64,000 bases of DNA from Eutreptiella sp. 'Long Island Sound 2002' (Eukaryota; Protista; Euglenida), in assembly GCA_964036045.1 (NCBI GenBank), contig OZ038378.1, positions 109,120,001 to 109,184,000 of the forward strand, given 5' to 3'. Shown here piece after piece: positions 49,133 to 63,250 of this stretch. The position numbers and the translations under genes are program-made. The notes beneath the pieces were generated by a model. It saw nothing but the letters and a program-made list of their open reading frames with translations, was not told the DNA's origin and did no database searches. Each line of letters begins with the position of its first letter. Position 1 is the stretch's first letter.

Positions 49133-51089
49133 CTGTGGAAGGGGGATGCAGTGGGCAGTGCGCGCAGGGCGAGGGGATGTGGTAGCCGGGGGCATGAGGA
49201 GGACACACAGTGCATGGAGAGGGTAGTGTGTCCGTGGAGGAGAATTTTACCCAATCATAAGATTGGGGCAGGGTCTGGGGTGAATGGGGGGGGGGGGGTT
49301 CCGACCCCACCCCCAACCCCAACCCCCACTGATGCTGGGTTGGTAACTCAGAGGGGTGGGGGGGGGGCAAATGTTTTTGGGTTTGGGGGGCATTTTTGAA
49401 TTCACTGTTTCGTTTTGAGCATTGAAAATACACAACGCCAAGGAGCAACATCCCCTTTTACCATTCTCCACAAAAGGGGCAAACTGCTAGGAAATGGGGG
49501 CGCCAAATTCTGTGCCCTGGTCGGGGGGGGGGGGGGGGGGTATGCAGTCACCGGCATTTGCAAAAACTGCGTAAAAATGCGGCAAAAAATGCAACGGAAA
49601 TAACAGTTTTCTTGTAATGGTGTATCCCCCCCCAACGCCTATGTTTCTCAAGATGCATGTTGATCTGTTGACACCATCGCTCTTTTCAAGACGCTAAGGC
49701 CACAGCTCAACATGCATAGCGTGGTAGGGAATCACACCCTTGTATTGTGGTTTAGGAGGAGGAGCGTTACTTCCTCGGCAAGAAGCAGTAGAACCCCAAT
49801 ACTGCCTCCGCCCGATACCCTATTGAAAAAATCGACTATTCGACCTGCAATGGATTCGCCCTTCAAGGGATAGCCCACAAGGTGCCCAATCCCTTGAGCT
49901 TGGCGTATCAATGTGTTTCGCAGTCCTTGCCTCCAACTATTCACCCCTAGTGGTCCCAGCTGTCAAGCCCTAGCAGGGTGCTCCCAACAGCCCCAACGCG
50001 TACGCGCGTCTGTGTCTACACGCACGTCCACCACCATGAGCGCCGAATCCACACATGCGCGCGTTAGTAGGCACACACGCGTGTCTGTGTGGTACACGTG
50101 CGCAACGCGGCCATCTTCCCTAATAGCCCCTACTACCCATTTTGTGTCAACGGTTGGGGACGCCGGTCACCTCCTTTCGTCCTGCAAAAGAAGCTGTGCG
50201 GTCTGCAGTGCAGAGCACCGCCGCCCAACCAAGTGAACGGGTGGATTGAGGAACTTGGGGGGGGGGGGGGTCTGGGGGTACCAACCATTTGCCGTTTGGC
50301 TTGATGGGAACGCAAAGTGCACTACCTTAGTACGTTGATGTGGTCTGCAAACGTCTGCAGGTGTCTGCACACCCGCGCCTTGGCCTTCTTGGTGTGATTG
50401 GCATTTCTTTCCTTTTGCAAAAGTGAGAATGACACACAAAGCACAAAGCAAGTAGCCGAGAATGCCGTGGACCGAGCTTTGTGGAGGTCACACCGTGAGG
50501 GAGGGAAGGGCAACCCAAGCGCCGAAAAGGTGAAATGTACAACCTGTCCCCAATGACCACCAACAAACACACATGGGCGCACACACACATGGGCGCCGCC
50601 CATGCAACCCTAACCCTAACATGAACCCCAACCCTAATCTTAAGCCTACACGGCACCGGAAACACTACATGCTGGTATGCACCACCACAGCGTCAACACG
50701 TGTGATCCAAGAAAGGTGCCAGGGTGGAGGCTTGAGCTCTGCAGCTGCCATTCAAGCGCACCCCAGTCCTTGAGGATGGACTTCTAAGCTTGGCAATTGC
50801 CATGGGCTGCGCCCCACTCATTGGACACGAAGATGATGACAGCAATGCCCGCACTTGATCAATGCAACACTGCCCATGGCATCCCCCAGTTGCAGGCATT
50901 GTCTAGGTTCCTAGACGTGGCATCAGCTGAGGTCGAGGGCCGTTCCAGGTATGCGTATAAGGTCTCATGCCTGATGTCCGAGGTGGTAGGTTCTGTTCGC
51001 AAGGCGGTGTTCGTATGTTGTGGTGTATGATGCAACTTGGCAAAGCATAGGTGATAAGTGGAAAAACAGCAAACTAGGAAAAAAAGAAG

Positions 51090-51580
51090 TTCCCATAGGT
51101 CCCTATAGATCTCTGTAGGTCTCCATAGGTCTCCATAGATCCCTACAGGTGGCTATAGGTCCCCGTACGACCCCATAGGTATCCCTAGGTCCCGGGAAAC
51201 CCCCATAGGTCCTCATAGGTCTCGATTGGTCCCCATAGGTACCCATAGGTCCCCATAGGTCCCCATATGTCCCTATAGGTCCCCAAAGGACCCTACAGGT
51301 CCAAATTGGTCCCCATTCGTCCCCAGAGGTACCCATAGGTCTACATATGTCCCCATACGCCCGCATGGGTCCCTATAGGTCCCCATACATCCCTTAGGCC
51401 CCAACAGCTCCCGTATAGGCCCCCAAAGGTTATAGGTCCCCGTACGTCCCCATAGGTATCCTTGGTCCCCGGAAATAGGTCTCCATAACTCTCCATTGGT
51501 CCCCATAGATCCCCCTAGGTCCCCATAGGTCCGTGTAGACCCCTATAGGTCCGTATAGGTGCTCATAGGTCCCCATAGGT
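51090..51580. repeat. Second GGTCCCCATA 10-bp satellite
   Basis: Read directly. Confidence 0.95.
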
Positions 51581-51599
51581 CCAACGCAAGTGGTGTACT

Positions 51600-54500
51600 C
51601 TTGTGTACAATAGCTGTGTTGATATATCGCAAGGTCTAGACCCTGCAATATATTGTACGTTCTAGACCCTGCAATATGTCAAAGTAGCCTTGGTACTGAC
51701 GAGGAGACCCCTTGCGTTGATACATCGCAGGGTGTACACCCTGCAATACATCAACCCGTTTTGTACAAGGGATTAGAGCAACTGCCCTGACATTGAAGGG
51801 TCTAGACCCTGAAATACATTAGCGCGGCCCTTGTATAGGGGATTAGACCCCTTGTGTTGAATGCATCCATACAAGGGGTCCAGTCCTCATAGGTCGATAT
51901 AGGCCCAATGCAGGGGGTCCGCTGTACAAGTGTTGCGTTGGTACATTGCAGGGTCTAGACCCTGCAAGGTATCAGCGCACGGGGTCTACTCCCCTATACA
52001 AGTCCCGTGTTCATATGTTGGAGGGTGGAGCGTGCAATGCATCAAAGAACAGCCTCTAATCCCATGCACAAGGGATGCGTTGATATATTGCCGGGACATG
52101 GGCTTAGACCCCTGCATTGATACATTGTAGGGTGTAGACCATGCAATATATCAATGTAGCCCTTGTACATGGAGTTTAGAACACCCGCGTTGATATATTG
52201 CAGGGTCTGGACCCTGCCATATATGAATGCAGCCCTTGTAAAGGGGCGTAGACCCCCTATGTTGATACATTGCAAGGTCTAGACCTTGCAATATATGAAC
52301 ACAGCCTTCTGGAGTGGAGACCCCCCGCATTGATACATTGCAGGGTCCATACCCTACAATTTATCAATGCAGCCCTTGTACATGGGATTACACCCCTTGT
52401 GTTGATACATTGCAGGGTCTCGACCCACCAATATTTGAACACGGTACTTGTACAAGGGAGTGGACCCCGGTGCATTGATACATCGTAGGATCTAGACCAT
52501 GCAATACATTGACGTCACCCTGGTATAGGGGACTGGGACCCCTTCGTTGATACATTGTAGGATTACACCCTGCGATATATCGACATAGCCCTTGTGCAAG
52601 GGAGTAGACCTGTTGCGTTGATACATTGCAGGTCTATACCCACCAATATGTCAACATATCACTGAAACATGGGATTAGACCCCCTGTGTTCATACGTTGT
52701 AGGGTCTGGACCCTGCAATATATGAGAACGGCACTTGTACAGGGGAGTACACCCCCCACGTTGATACATTGTAGGGTCTAGACCCTGCCATATATGAATG
52801 CAGCTCTTGTAAAGGGGCGTAGACACCCTGCATTGATACATTGCAGGGTCTAGACCTTGCAATGTATCAACGCAGCCCTTGTACATGGGATTAGACCCTA
52901 TGCTTTAATACATTGCAAGGTCTCGACCCTCCGATATATGGGCACGGCACTTGTACAGGGGAGTAGACCCCTGCATTAATACGTTGTAGGGTCTAGACCA
53001 TGCAATCTATCAACGTAGGCGTGGTATAGGGCATTAGGACCCCGCGCGTTGATACATTGCAGGGTGTAGACCTTGCAATTTATCAACACAAGCCTTGTAG
53101 AGGGGAGTACACCCCCGGCATTGATACATTGCAGGGTCTATACCCTGCAATGTATCAACGCAGCCCTTGTACATGGGATGATAAAGACCCTGTGCTTTGA
53201 TACATTGCAAGGTCTAGACCCTCCAATATATGAAGACGGCACTTGTACAGGGCAGTAGACCCGTGCATTGATACATTGTAGGGTCTAGACCATGGAATAT
53301 ATCAACGTAGCCCTGATATAAAGGATTGGGACCGCTTCGTTGATACATTGCACGGTCTAGACCCTTCAATATATGAATGTAGCCTTTGTAAAGGGGCGTA
53401 GTCCCCCTGCGTTGATACATTGCAGGGTCTAGACCTTGTAGTATATCAACAGAGCCCTTGTGCACGGGAGTAGACCCCGTGCATTGATACATTGCGGGGC
53501 CTAGACCATGCAACATATCAACATAGCCCTGGTATAGGGGATTAGACCCCCCGCATTGATACGTTGCAGGGTCTAGACCGTGCCATATATGAATGCAGCC
53601 CTTGTAAGGGGGCGTAAACCCCCTGCGTTGAAACATTGTAGGGTCTAGGCCCTCCAATATATGAAAATCGCACTTTTATAGGGGAGTAGACCCCGTGCAT
53701 TGATACATTGCAAGGTTTAGACCATGCAATATATCAACGTAGCCTTGGTATAAGGCATTAGACCCCCTGCGTTGATACATTGCAGGGTCTAGACCCTTCC
53801 ATATATGAACGCAGCCCTTGTAAAGGGGTGTACACCCCCTGTGTTGATAGATTGAAGATTTTGGACCTTAGAATATATCAACGCAGCCCTTCTGCAAGGG
53901 AGCAGACCCCTTGCATTGGACCTATAGGAACCTATGGGGACTAGGACCCTTGTCTTGATACATTGGGGGAGCACTTGGCGCGGCGCGCGCACGGCTAATG
54001 CTCTTGAGTTCAAGTACTGCACTAAATTGTTCCATCAAACTGCCCATGCTTTGAGCGCGAGATCGCGCAAGACGAGGTGCCATACCAATGTGGTTTGTTG
54101 CTGTTTGAAGATCCCGCCCTCCAAGCTCAGCCCGGCGTGTTGTACCCAAGGGTTATCTCTACCTAGGGGGCATTTTGGGAGATGTGTCAAGGCTACCCCC
54201 TTACAATTAAACACGTTGGAAAAGTAGCGCGCACGCGGCGCGCGTGCGGCGCACATACTCATCCATTGTAGGGTCTAAACCATGCAATATGTCAAAGTAC
54301 CCTTTTTACACAGGAGTAGAGCCCGTGTGTTGATGAATTCCAATGTGTAGACCCTGCCATATATTAGCCCGTCTTCGGACAAGGAAGTGGAGCACCTTGC
54401 TTCAACATTCCAGGGTCAAGACCCTACCATATATGAACACAGCCCTTGTATAGGAGAGAAGACCCCGTGCCCTGATACATTGCATGGTGTAGACCCTAGA

Positions 54501-57500
54501 GTGTATCAACGCAACACTTGAAGAGGGAAGTAGACCCCCTGTGTTGATGGTTGCAACGTCTATACCCTGCAATATATCAACGCACCCCTTGTACATGGGA
54601 TTAGACCCCCCACGTTGATACATTGCAGGGTCTATACCCTGCCATATATCAATGCAACCCTTGTATATGGACCTAGACCCCCTGCGTTGGTAGCTTGCAG
54701 AGTCTAGACCTTGCAACACATCAACGCTGCCCTTGTGTAAGGGAGTAAACCCCCTGTGTTGATACATTGCAGGGTCCATACGGTGCAATATGTCACAACA
54801 ACCCTTGTACATGGCGGTAAACCCTATGGTGTCATACACTGCAGGGTCTAGAGGCTGCCATATATGAATGCAGCCCTTGTCTGTGGGCGTAGACCCCCTG
54901 CGTTGATACATTGCAGGGTCTAGACCGTGTAATATATCAACACAGCCCTTGTGCACGGGAGTAGACCCCCCGCTTTGATACATTGTAGGGTCTATACCTT
55001 GCAATGTATCAACGCAGCCCTTGTACATGGGATTAGACCCCTTGTGTCGATACATGGCAGGGCCTAGACCCTCCAATATATGAACACAGCACTTGTACAG
55101 GGGAGTAGACCCCTGCATTGATACATTGTAGGGTCTGGACCATGCAATCTATCAACGTAGGCGTGGTATAGGGGATTGAACCCCCTGCATTGATACATTG
55201 AACGGTTTAGACCCTGCCATACATGAATGCAGCCCTTGTCTATGGGCATAGATCCCTGTGTTGATACATTGCAGGGTCTAGACCTTGTAATATATCAACA
55301 CAGCCCTTGTGCAGGGGAGCAGACCCCTTGCGTTGGACCTATAGGGACCTATGCGGACTAGACCCCTTGGTACCCAAGGGTTATCTCTGCCTCGGCGGCA
55401 TCTTGGGAGATGTGTCAAAGCTACCCCCTTACGATTAAACACGTTGGAAAAGTAGCGCGTGCAGGGCGCACGTGCGGCGAAGATACTCCTCTAGCTTAGG
55501 GTCTAGACTGTGCAATATGTCAAAGTAGCCTTTTTACACGGGGGTAGACCCCGTGTGTTGATACATTGCACAGTGTACACCCTGCGATATATTAGCCCGT
55601 CTTTGTACAGGGGAGTAGAGCACCTTGCTTCTACATCGCACGGTCTAGACCCTGCAATGTATCAGCGCAGCCCCTGTACATGGGATTAGACCCCCGTGCA
55701 TTGATACATTGCAGGGTCTAGACCCTGCAATGTATCAACGCAACCCTGCAATAGGGTATTGGACCCCTGCGTTGATACATTCCAGGGTCAAGAGCCTGCC
55801 ATATATGAACACAGTCTGTGTTGATATATTGCAAGGTCTAAACCTTGCAATGTATCAAGGCAGTGGGGGCCTACGCTCCTTTACAAGGGCTGCATTCATA
55901 CATGGCAGGGTCTAGACCCTGCAATGTATCAACGCAGGGGGTCTAATGCCCTGTTCCACGGCTACGTTGATATATTGCATGGTCTAGGACCTGAAATGTA
56001 TCAATGCAAGGGTCTAAGCCAATGTACAAGTGCTGTGTTCATACATTGGAGGGCCTAAACTCTGCATATGTATCAACGCAGGGGGTCAAATCCCATGTAC
56101 AAGGGCTACATTCAAAATATGGCAGGGCCTCTGAGTCTAGACCTTGCAACGTATCAACACGTGGGGTCCTAATCCCCTACACCAAGGCTACGTTGACATA
56201 TTGCATGGTCTAGGCGCTGCAATGTATCAATGCACAGGGTTTACTCCACTGCACCAAAGCCGTATTCATATATATTGGAGGGTCTAGACCCTGCCATGTA
56301 TCAACACAAGGGGTCTAATCCCATGTACAAGGGCTGTGTTGATATATTGCACGGTCTAGACCTTGCAACATAACAACACAGGCGGTCTACCCCATGCACA
56401 AGGGCTGTGTTGATATATTACAAGGTCTAGACCTTGCTATGTATCAAGGCAAGGGGTGTACACCCCTTTACAAGGGCTGCATTCATATATGGCAGGGCCT
56501 AGCCCCTGCAATGTATCAACACAGGGGGTCTAATGCCTTATACCAAGGCTACGTTGATATATTGCCCGGTCCACACCCTACAATGTATCAATGCACCGGG
56601 TCTACTCCCCTATAAAAGTGCAGTGTTCATATATTGGAGGGTCTAGACCCTGTAATGTATTAACGCAAGGGGCCCAATCCCATGTACAAGGGCTGTGTTC
56701 ATATATTGAAGGGTATAGACCCTGCAATGTATCAAAGCGGGGGGTCTACTCCCCGACACAAGGGCTGTGTTGATACATTACCAGGTGGAGACCTTGCAAT
56801 GCATCCACACAGGGGGCCTATGCCCATATACAAGGGCTGCATTCATATATGGCAGCCTCTAGACCCTGCAATGTATCAACGCAGGGGGCTTAATCCCATG
56901 TACTAGGGCTTCGTTGATACATTGCATGGTATAGACCCAACAATGTATCAATGCGGGAATTCAACTCTCCTGTACAAGGGCTGCATTGACATATTACACG
57001 GCCTAGACCCTGCGAGGTATCAAGGCAGGGGGTCTACTCCCCTACACCAGGTGCTATGTTGCTAGATCACAAGCTCTAGAATTTGTAATGTATCACCGCA
57101 GGCGGTCTGATCCCTTGTACCATGACTACGTTGGTATTTTGCAAGGGTTTAGACCTTGCAATGTATCAACACAGGGGTTGTACTGCCCTGCACAAAGGCT
57201 ACGTTGATATATTGCAAGGTCCACACCCTACAATGCATGAGACCCCCTGCGTTGATAAATGGCAAGGTCTAGAGCCTAGTACATGTCAACTTAACCCTTG
57301 TACAGTGGAACAGATCCTTGTGTTGATACATTGCGGGTTGTAGACCCTGCACTATATCAACACGGCCCTTCTACAAGGGAGGAAACCCTCTTCGTAAGGT
57401 CTAGACCTTGCAATATATCAGTACAGCACTCAGAAAAGGGATTAGATATCGTGCGTTCATACATTGTACAATCTAGACCTTGCAATATCTCAACGCACGC

Positions 57501-59047
57501 GTTGTATAGGGGCGTAGACCCCGTGTGTTGATGCATTGCAGGGTGCACATCTCGCAAAATATTGACACAGCCGACGTATAGGGGATTAGAACTTGTGCGT
57601 TGATACATTGCTGGGCCTAGACCCGGCAAGAAACGACAGTAACCCTTGGACAATGGAGTAACCCCATGTGTTGATACATTGCACGCTTTAAAATGTGCAA
57701 TGTATCAACTTCGACCCTAGTACAAAGGATTCCACCTGCTGCATTGATACATTACACGCCTCCAATGCATGAGTGCAGCCCTTGTACAAGGCAGTAGACC
57801 CACTAGACCCATTGCATTCATATGTTGCACGGTCTAGACCCTGCAATGTACCAAAACAGGCGTTCTACTCCCCTACACAAGGGCTGTGTTGACATGTTAC
57901 AAGGTCCAGACCCTGCAATGTATCAACACAGGGGATGTGCGGCCATATATAGGGGCTGTATTCATATGTGGCAGGGTCTAAACCCTGCAATGTATCAACA
58001 AAGGGGGTCTAATCCCCTATACCAAGGCTACGTTGATATATTGCATGGTATAGGCCCTACAATGTATCAATGCACGGGTTTGCTCCCCTGTAGAAGTGCC
58101 GTGTTGATATATTGGAGAGTGCAAACACTGCAATGTGAAAAAGCACAGGGTCTAATCTCATGTACTAGGGCTGCGTTGATACATTGCAGGGTATAGACCG
58201 TGCAATGTATCAACACATGGGGTCTACTCCCCTGCACAACGGTGGCATTGACATATTACATGGTCTAGACCTTACGAGGTATCAAGACAGGTGGTCTACT
58301 CCCCTACACCAGGTATTGTGTTGCTGCATCACAAGCTCTAGAACTTGTAATGTATCACCGCAGGCGGTATCATCCCTTGTACCAGGACTACGTTGGTATT
58401 TTGCAAGGTTTTAGACCTTGCAATGTATCAACACAGGGGGTGTACTGCCCTGCACAAAGGCTACGTTGATATATTGCAAGGTCTGGATCCTACAATGTAT
58501 CAGACCCCCTGCGTTGATACATGGCAAGGTCTAGACCCTATACTATATATCAACGTAGCCCTTGTATAGTGGATTAGACCTCTTGGGTTGATACATTGCA
58601 GGGTCTAGACCATGCGCTATATGAACACAACCCTTCTACAAGGGAGTAAACCCTCTTTGTTCATACATAGCAAGGGCTAGACCCTGCAATATATTAGTGC
58701 AGCACTGAGAAAGGGGATTAGATCCCGTGCGTTGCTAGACCTTGCAATATCTCAACGCATCGCTGTATAGGGGCGTAGACCACGTGCATTGATACATTGC
58801 ACGGTGCATATCCCCCAGCACATACATGCACCTTTGGTATAGGGCAGGAAACCCCGTGCGTTGATACATTGCAGTGTGCATATCCCGCAAAAAATTGACA
58901 TACCCCACATACAGGCGATTAGACTCTGTGTGTTGATACATTGCTCGGCCTAGAATCTGAAATAAATGAGAAAAAGCCCTCAGACAATGGAGTAACCCCT
59001 TGCGTTGATACATTGCACGGTTTAGAATTTGCAATGTATCAACTACG

Positions 59048-59087
<40 letters not shown>

Positions 59088-59777
59088 AAAGGATTCCACC
59101 CGCTGCATTGATACATTGCACGCCTGCAATGTATGAGTGTAGCCCTTGTACAGGGCACTGGACCCAGTGCATTGATACGCTGCACGGTCTAGAGCCTGCA
59201 CCGTATCAACACACACCGTCTACTCCCCTGCACAACAGTTGTGTTGATATATTACAAGGTCCAAACCCTGCAATCTATCAACACAAGGGGTCTACGCCCA
59301 TAGACAAGGGCTGCATTCCTGTATGGAAGGGTCTAGACCCTAAAATGTATCAACACAGTGGGTCTAATCATCTATTCCAAGCCTACATTGATATATTGCA
59401 TAGTATAGACCCTACAATGTATAGATGCACAGGTGTACTCCCCTATACAAGTGCCCCGCTCATATATTGGAGCGTCGAGACCTTGCCACATATCAAAGCA
59501 CAAGGTCTAATCGCATGTACTAGGGCTGCTTTGATACATTGCAGGGTATAGACCCTGCAATGTATCAACGCAGGGGGTCTAATCCCCTACACAAGGGCTG
59601 CACTGACATATTACATGGTCTAGACCCTGTGAAGTATCAAGACAAGGGGTCTACTCCCCTACACTAGGTGCTGTGTTGCTGCATCACAAGCTCTGGAAAT
59701 TGTAATGTATCACGGCACGTGGTGTGATCCCTTGTACCACGACTACTTTGGTAGTTTGCAAGGTTTTAGACCTTGCA
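51600..59777. repeat. ~8-kb satellite of ~72-bp self-complementary units (GGGTCTAGACCC; TGCAATGTATCAACGCA...TGCGTTGATACATTGCA) with orientation switches
   Basis: Unit spacing of 71-73 bp measured at 52774-53062. Reverse-complement blocks start at ~55750. Confidence 0.95.
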
Positions 59778-59916
59778 GTGTCCCCGGTGACCTAGATTAA
59801 AGTCAATATGTTAATTTTTAATTTCTAATATATGAAGGCGTTAATATATTAATCTCGCAAATATTAAGAGGTTAAAGTCAAATTTTTGCGATCGGGCCAT
59901 TTGTACCCATTTTTCC

Positions 59917-61850
59917 ATGCACATATGCGGACCTATAAGGGGTGTTACGTGGTATATTGTTGCACAACGGTGTAGTAGAGAGGTTCCGATGTTGTGTTGG
60001 CGGGCGTCTTGGACACCCCCCCTCCGGTTGCCCGCATCCCCCCCCCCTCCACACCACCATGTTCCCTTGTATAGCCGAGCGAGTTTGGTCTCCCAACTCC
60101 TTGGTGAGTGGGTGGCCTCATCCCCTTTAGCCCGGGCCCGATGGTCCGAGGCCATGGAGGTTGGGTACCCCTCCCTTATTCGTACTAAGCAAGTGGAGGC
60201 GGTGAAGCAATATTTCCCGGCCCCGGACCTCATCGGCCTCCTCATGGACTTGAACGTCCCCAAACTCGGCTTCCGGCACGTGTCGGAGTACATGAGCCGC
60301 CGGGGGTCGGCCTACTCGGCCGCAACGGGCCTCCCGTTCACCCGCCCCATCCCCACTCGGGATACGTTCACGGACACGTGGAAGGAGTTGGTCACCCCCC
60401 TTGACCTACCACCACCCGTGTCCGTCCCCGATCCCCCCGCCAGTGGGCGCTATTGGCCGCTACCCTCATGGGCCCGGTACGTCCAATCACGCCCATCGCT
60501 AGTGGAGACCATCGATTGGACAAGGCCCCTCACCTTCATTGTGCGTGGGGATGCGCACCCGTGCGCCGGTGGTAGTTGGACCCAACTCTCAATTATGCTC
60601 CTCAACCACGGCGCACGGGGCCGCACACCCGCGTACTTGCGGGTGATAGGGATGGCCGTGTGCGGGGACAAGGACATGGCGGCACTTGCAACGATATCGG
60701 CCGACCACTTGAAGGTTTGTGGCCCATTCGTTGTTTGTTAATTTTTGCGTTTTTTGCGTTAATTTCTCGAGATTAATATCTTGTTTTGAGTTAATATTAA
60801 CGCCGACTGAAAAATTAACTTAATATTAATCTCGAGAAATTAATGTAATAATTAATCCATGTCAATTTTGTAGGTATTGCAGTCCATACAAGACTACGAG
60901 AAGTTTCATTGGGTGTCGCGCTGGGTGCCAAGCAGGTTGGTCATCGGGGGAGACCAACCGTTCGTGCGGCGCCTTATCGGTGTGTCCACCTCGCCCTTGG
61001 TGGGCTCAATTTACAATATGGGGGTGTGGGACAAGGTTGCGGCGGCATGGGTCAACGTGGCGACCCGGCGCACCTTGGACCGTGAGGAGGCGGATCGCCG
61101 CCGCTACAAGGAGACCGGCCGTAGCTTGGAGAATGGGGGATGCATAGGGGATCCACACATTGTGGTTGACCGGTGCATGGTTTTCCTATGCATCCTCCAT
61201 TGTGCATGGCCATTGGCCGGCTCCAAGTGGCGTTTATCAAGACACGCCTTGTGGGCCTCCCCAAGGAGAACACCGACGCCGTGCAACGGGTCCTCTACCG
61301 GGCCCGCACCGGTGTGAAGTTGGGTGCGATGGGGGCACACGACGGGGAGGAGGCCCGTGCGTTGTTCCTCGCGTGGGAGGAACTTGGTCCGTTGTTCGAC
61401 TACGTCCCGGAGGATGGTGAATGGCAACCTGTCGTGGCCATGCGTGACCTCCTCCGGGAGTTGTACACGGACAAGCCGCCCCGCGGGGACCTACGTGCGG
61501 CCGAGGTGGCACGCGCCTACCGTGCACATTGTTGCAAGGAGGCGTGTCAATCAAACTACCTCCTCTATTTGGAGGAGGATATCACCAAGGCCGTGGCCAA
61601 TGCACGCCGCTTGGGGGTTGGGTTGGGTGCCCTGTGCGCGGATGTCGTTGAGAGCCTCAACGCCATCCTTAAGCGCGCATACAATGACCACTCGGGCTGG
61701 GGGGGATGCCGGGGGCAACCCAAGTAGAGCGGGAGGGGGAGGTAGTTTTTCAAGTGTGGGAGTGGTGGTTTTTAAAATTTGACCTCCCGCTACGCAACTA
61801 CGGGACCCCCCATACCGCCCCATGCACCATGGCCAAACTCATGGCCACGC
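59917..61850 (+). pseudogene. Second RAG1/Transib-like transposase, with intron 60715-60873 and frameshifts near 61204 and 61700
   Basis: FIVRGDAHP (D1), VIGGDQPFVRRLIG (D2), LCILHC.MAIGRL, SNYL and VVESLNAILKR (E). The phase-0 GT-AG intron restores the frame. Confidence 0.72.
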
Positions 61851-61907
61851 ATAGCCCCCCGCCCTCCACCCTTGCTTGCCCACAACTAGCTTTGTTTTTT
61901 CCTTGCC

Positions 61908-62414
61908 ATGGACGCCTCGGCCATGCAAAAGATGTTGGCCGACATGTTCAAAGCGAACAACGAAGCCTTGGTGTGTTTTGCTTGTGCACGCTTGCTTGCG
62001 TATACGAATTCATATTTCCGTCGATCCGTTTAATATTTCGAGATTAATATTAATAGGCGCGGTCATTAATATTTAATATATTAATTAATTTTTCGATAGA
62101 TAATATCAATTTCAAGAAATTAAGTCGGGGGCACAAAAATTAATTTTTTTTTCATCCTGTCACTCTCTTAGATGGCACAAGTGGAGCGGCGACTGGCTGC
62201 AGCTCCTCCGGCAGCAGCAGCAACTCCAGCACCAGCACCAACACCAGCACAAGCACCTCCTCCACCTCCCGCCGCACAACTGCCAATCGAGGAGTCAAGC
62301 GAAGACTCCTTGGATAGGCGGCGGAAGGAGAAGAAGGAGAAGAAGAAAAAGAAGAAGGAGAAGAGGGAGAGGAGAGAGAGGGAGAGCAGCCAGGGGCAGG
62401 GGAGGGGGGGGTAG
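61908..62414 (+). CDS. Small spliced ORF (coiled coil, Pro/Ala-rich, K/E/R-rich NLS-like), intron 61971-62171
   Basis: MDASAMQKMLADMFKANNEAL|GTGTGT ... CTCTCTTAG|MAQVERRL, phase 0. Confidence 0.5.
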
Positions 62415-62769
62415 AGGCCAGCCTGGGGGGGGGGGGGGGGGTGTCAAGGATGAGGGGGAGGGGGAAGTGGTGGTGGACGAGGGGGATGGGGACGGGGACG
62501 GGGATGGAGTTCAGGTTGTTGACCCCCCCAATGACCCTCCCCCCTCCCCCAGTGGCTTCTCAAAGCCCCCAATCTGCCACTGCCCGAAAGGCGGGGCCGA
62601 TCCCCTGGTCAGCCCGGGTGCTGCAGGAGGGGTGCGCGGGGGATCAAGCCGTTTTTTCCTCCCCCCCCCCATAGCCACATGACAATCATCAGCTATGGGT
62701 ATAAAGTCTGAAGTCTGAAGTCTGATTTGGCATGTCCTGTTGCGGACCCACCATTAGAGCACATCCAAG

Positions 62770-63250
62770 TAAAAGTCTGATACAAGTGCGCCCCCCCCCC
62801 CCCACACACACACAAGAACTTGAGTTCAAGAAAATGGTTACAGCAGTGCGGACCCCCCCCCCAAGAAACATAGCAACTTCAGAGGAAAATGGGGATAAAA
62901 GTGCAATACCCCACCCCCCACAGACACACAGCCACTTCACCTCGGGAAAATGGTGCGTTAGGGAAAATAGGTTGGAATGGAAAATGTGGACAAGGGAACA
63001 CTAGGAAAAGTCTGATACAAGCCCCCCCCCCGAAAAAAAAAAACACACAACCACGCAGTTCAAGAAAATGATGGGTTGGGTTGGGGAAAAAAGGGGGTTT
63101 GAAAATGCGGAAAAGGCAAATCTGGAAACAATGTGGCAAAATCCCCCCCCCCCCCCCCGCCAAAAAAAAACACATACCTCTTGAGTAATGGGGCGTTGGG
63201 GAAAATGTGGGAAAAGGGAAAACCAAGGGAAATGGGAAAACCGTACTGAT
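62770..63250. repeat. Degenerate tandem repeat (AAAGTCTGATACAAG-C-tract-A-tract-AGTTCAAGAAAATG), ~235-bp spacing
   Basis: Copies near 62771 and 63007, plus a partial third. Confidence 0.6.

Noticed and set aside
50606-50640. Telomeric CCCTAA tract
   Set aside because: Only a few degenerate interstitial copies.
51600-59777. Many ORFs (e.g. 54402..55118) and a possible CRISPR array in the 72-bp satellite
   Set aside because: The ORFs are periodic translations of the repeat; there are no unique spacers.
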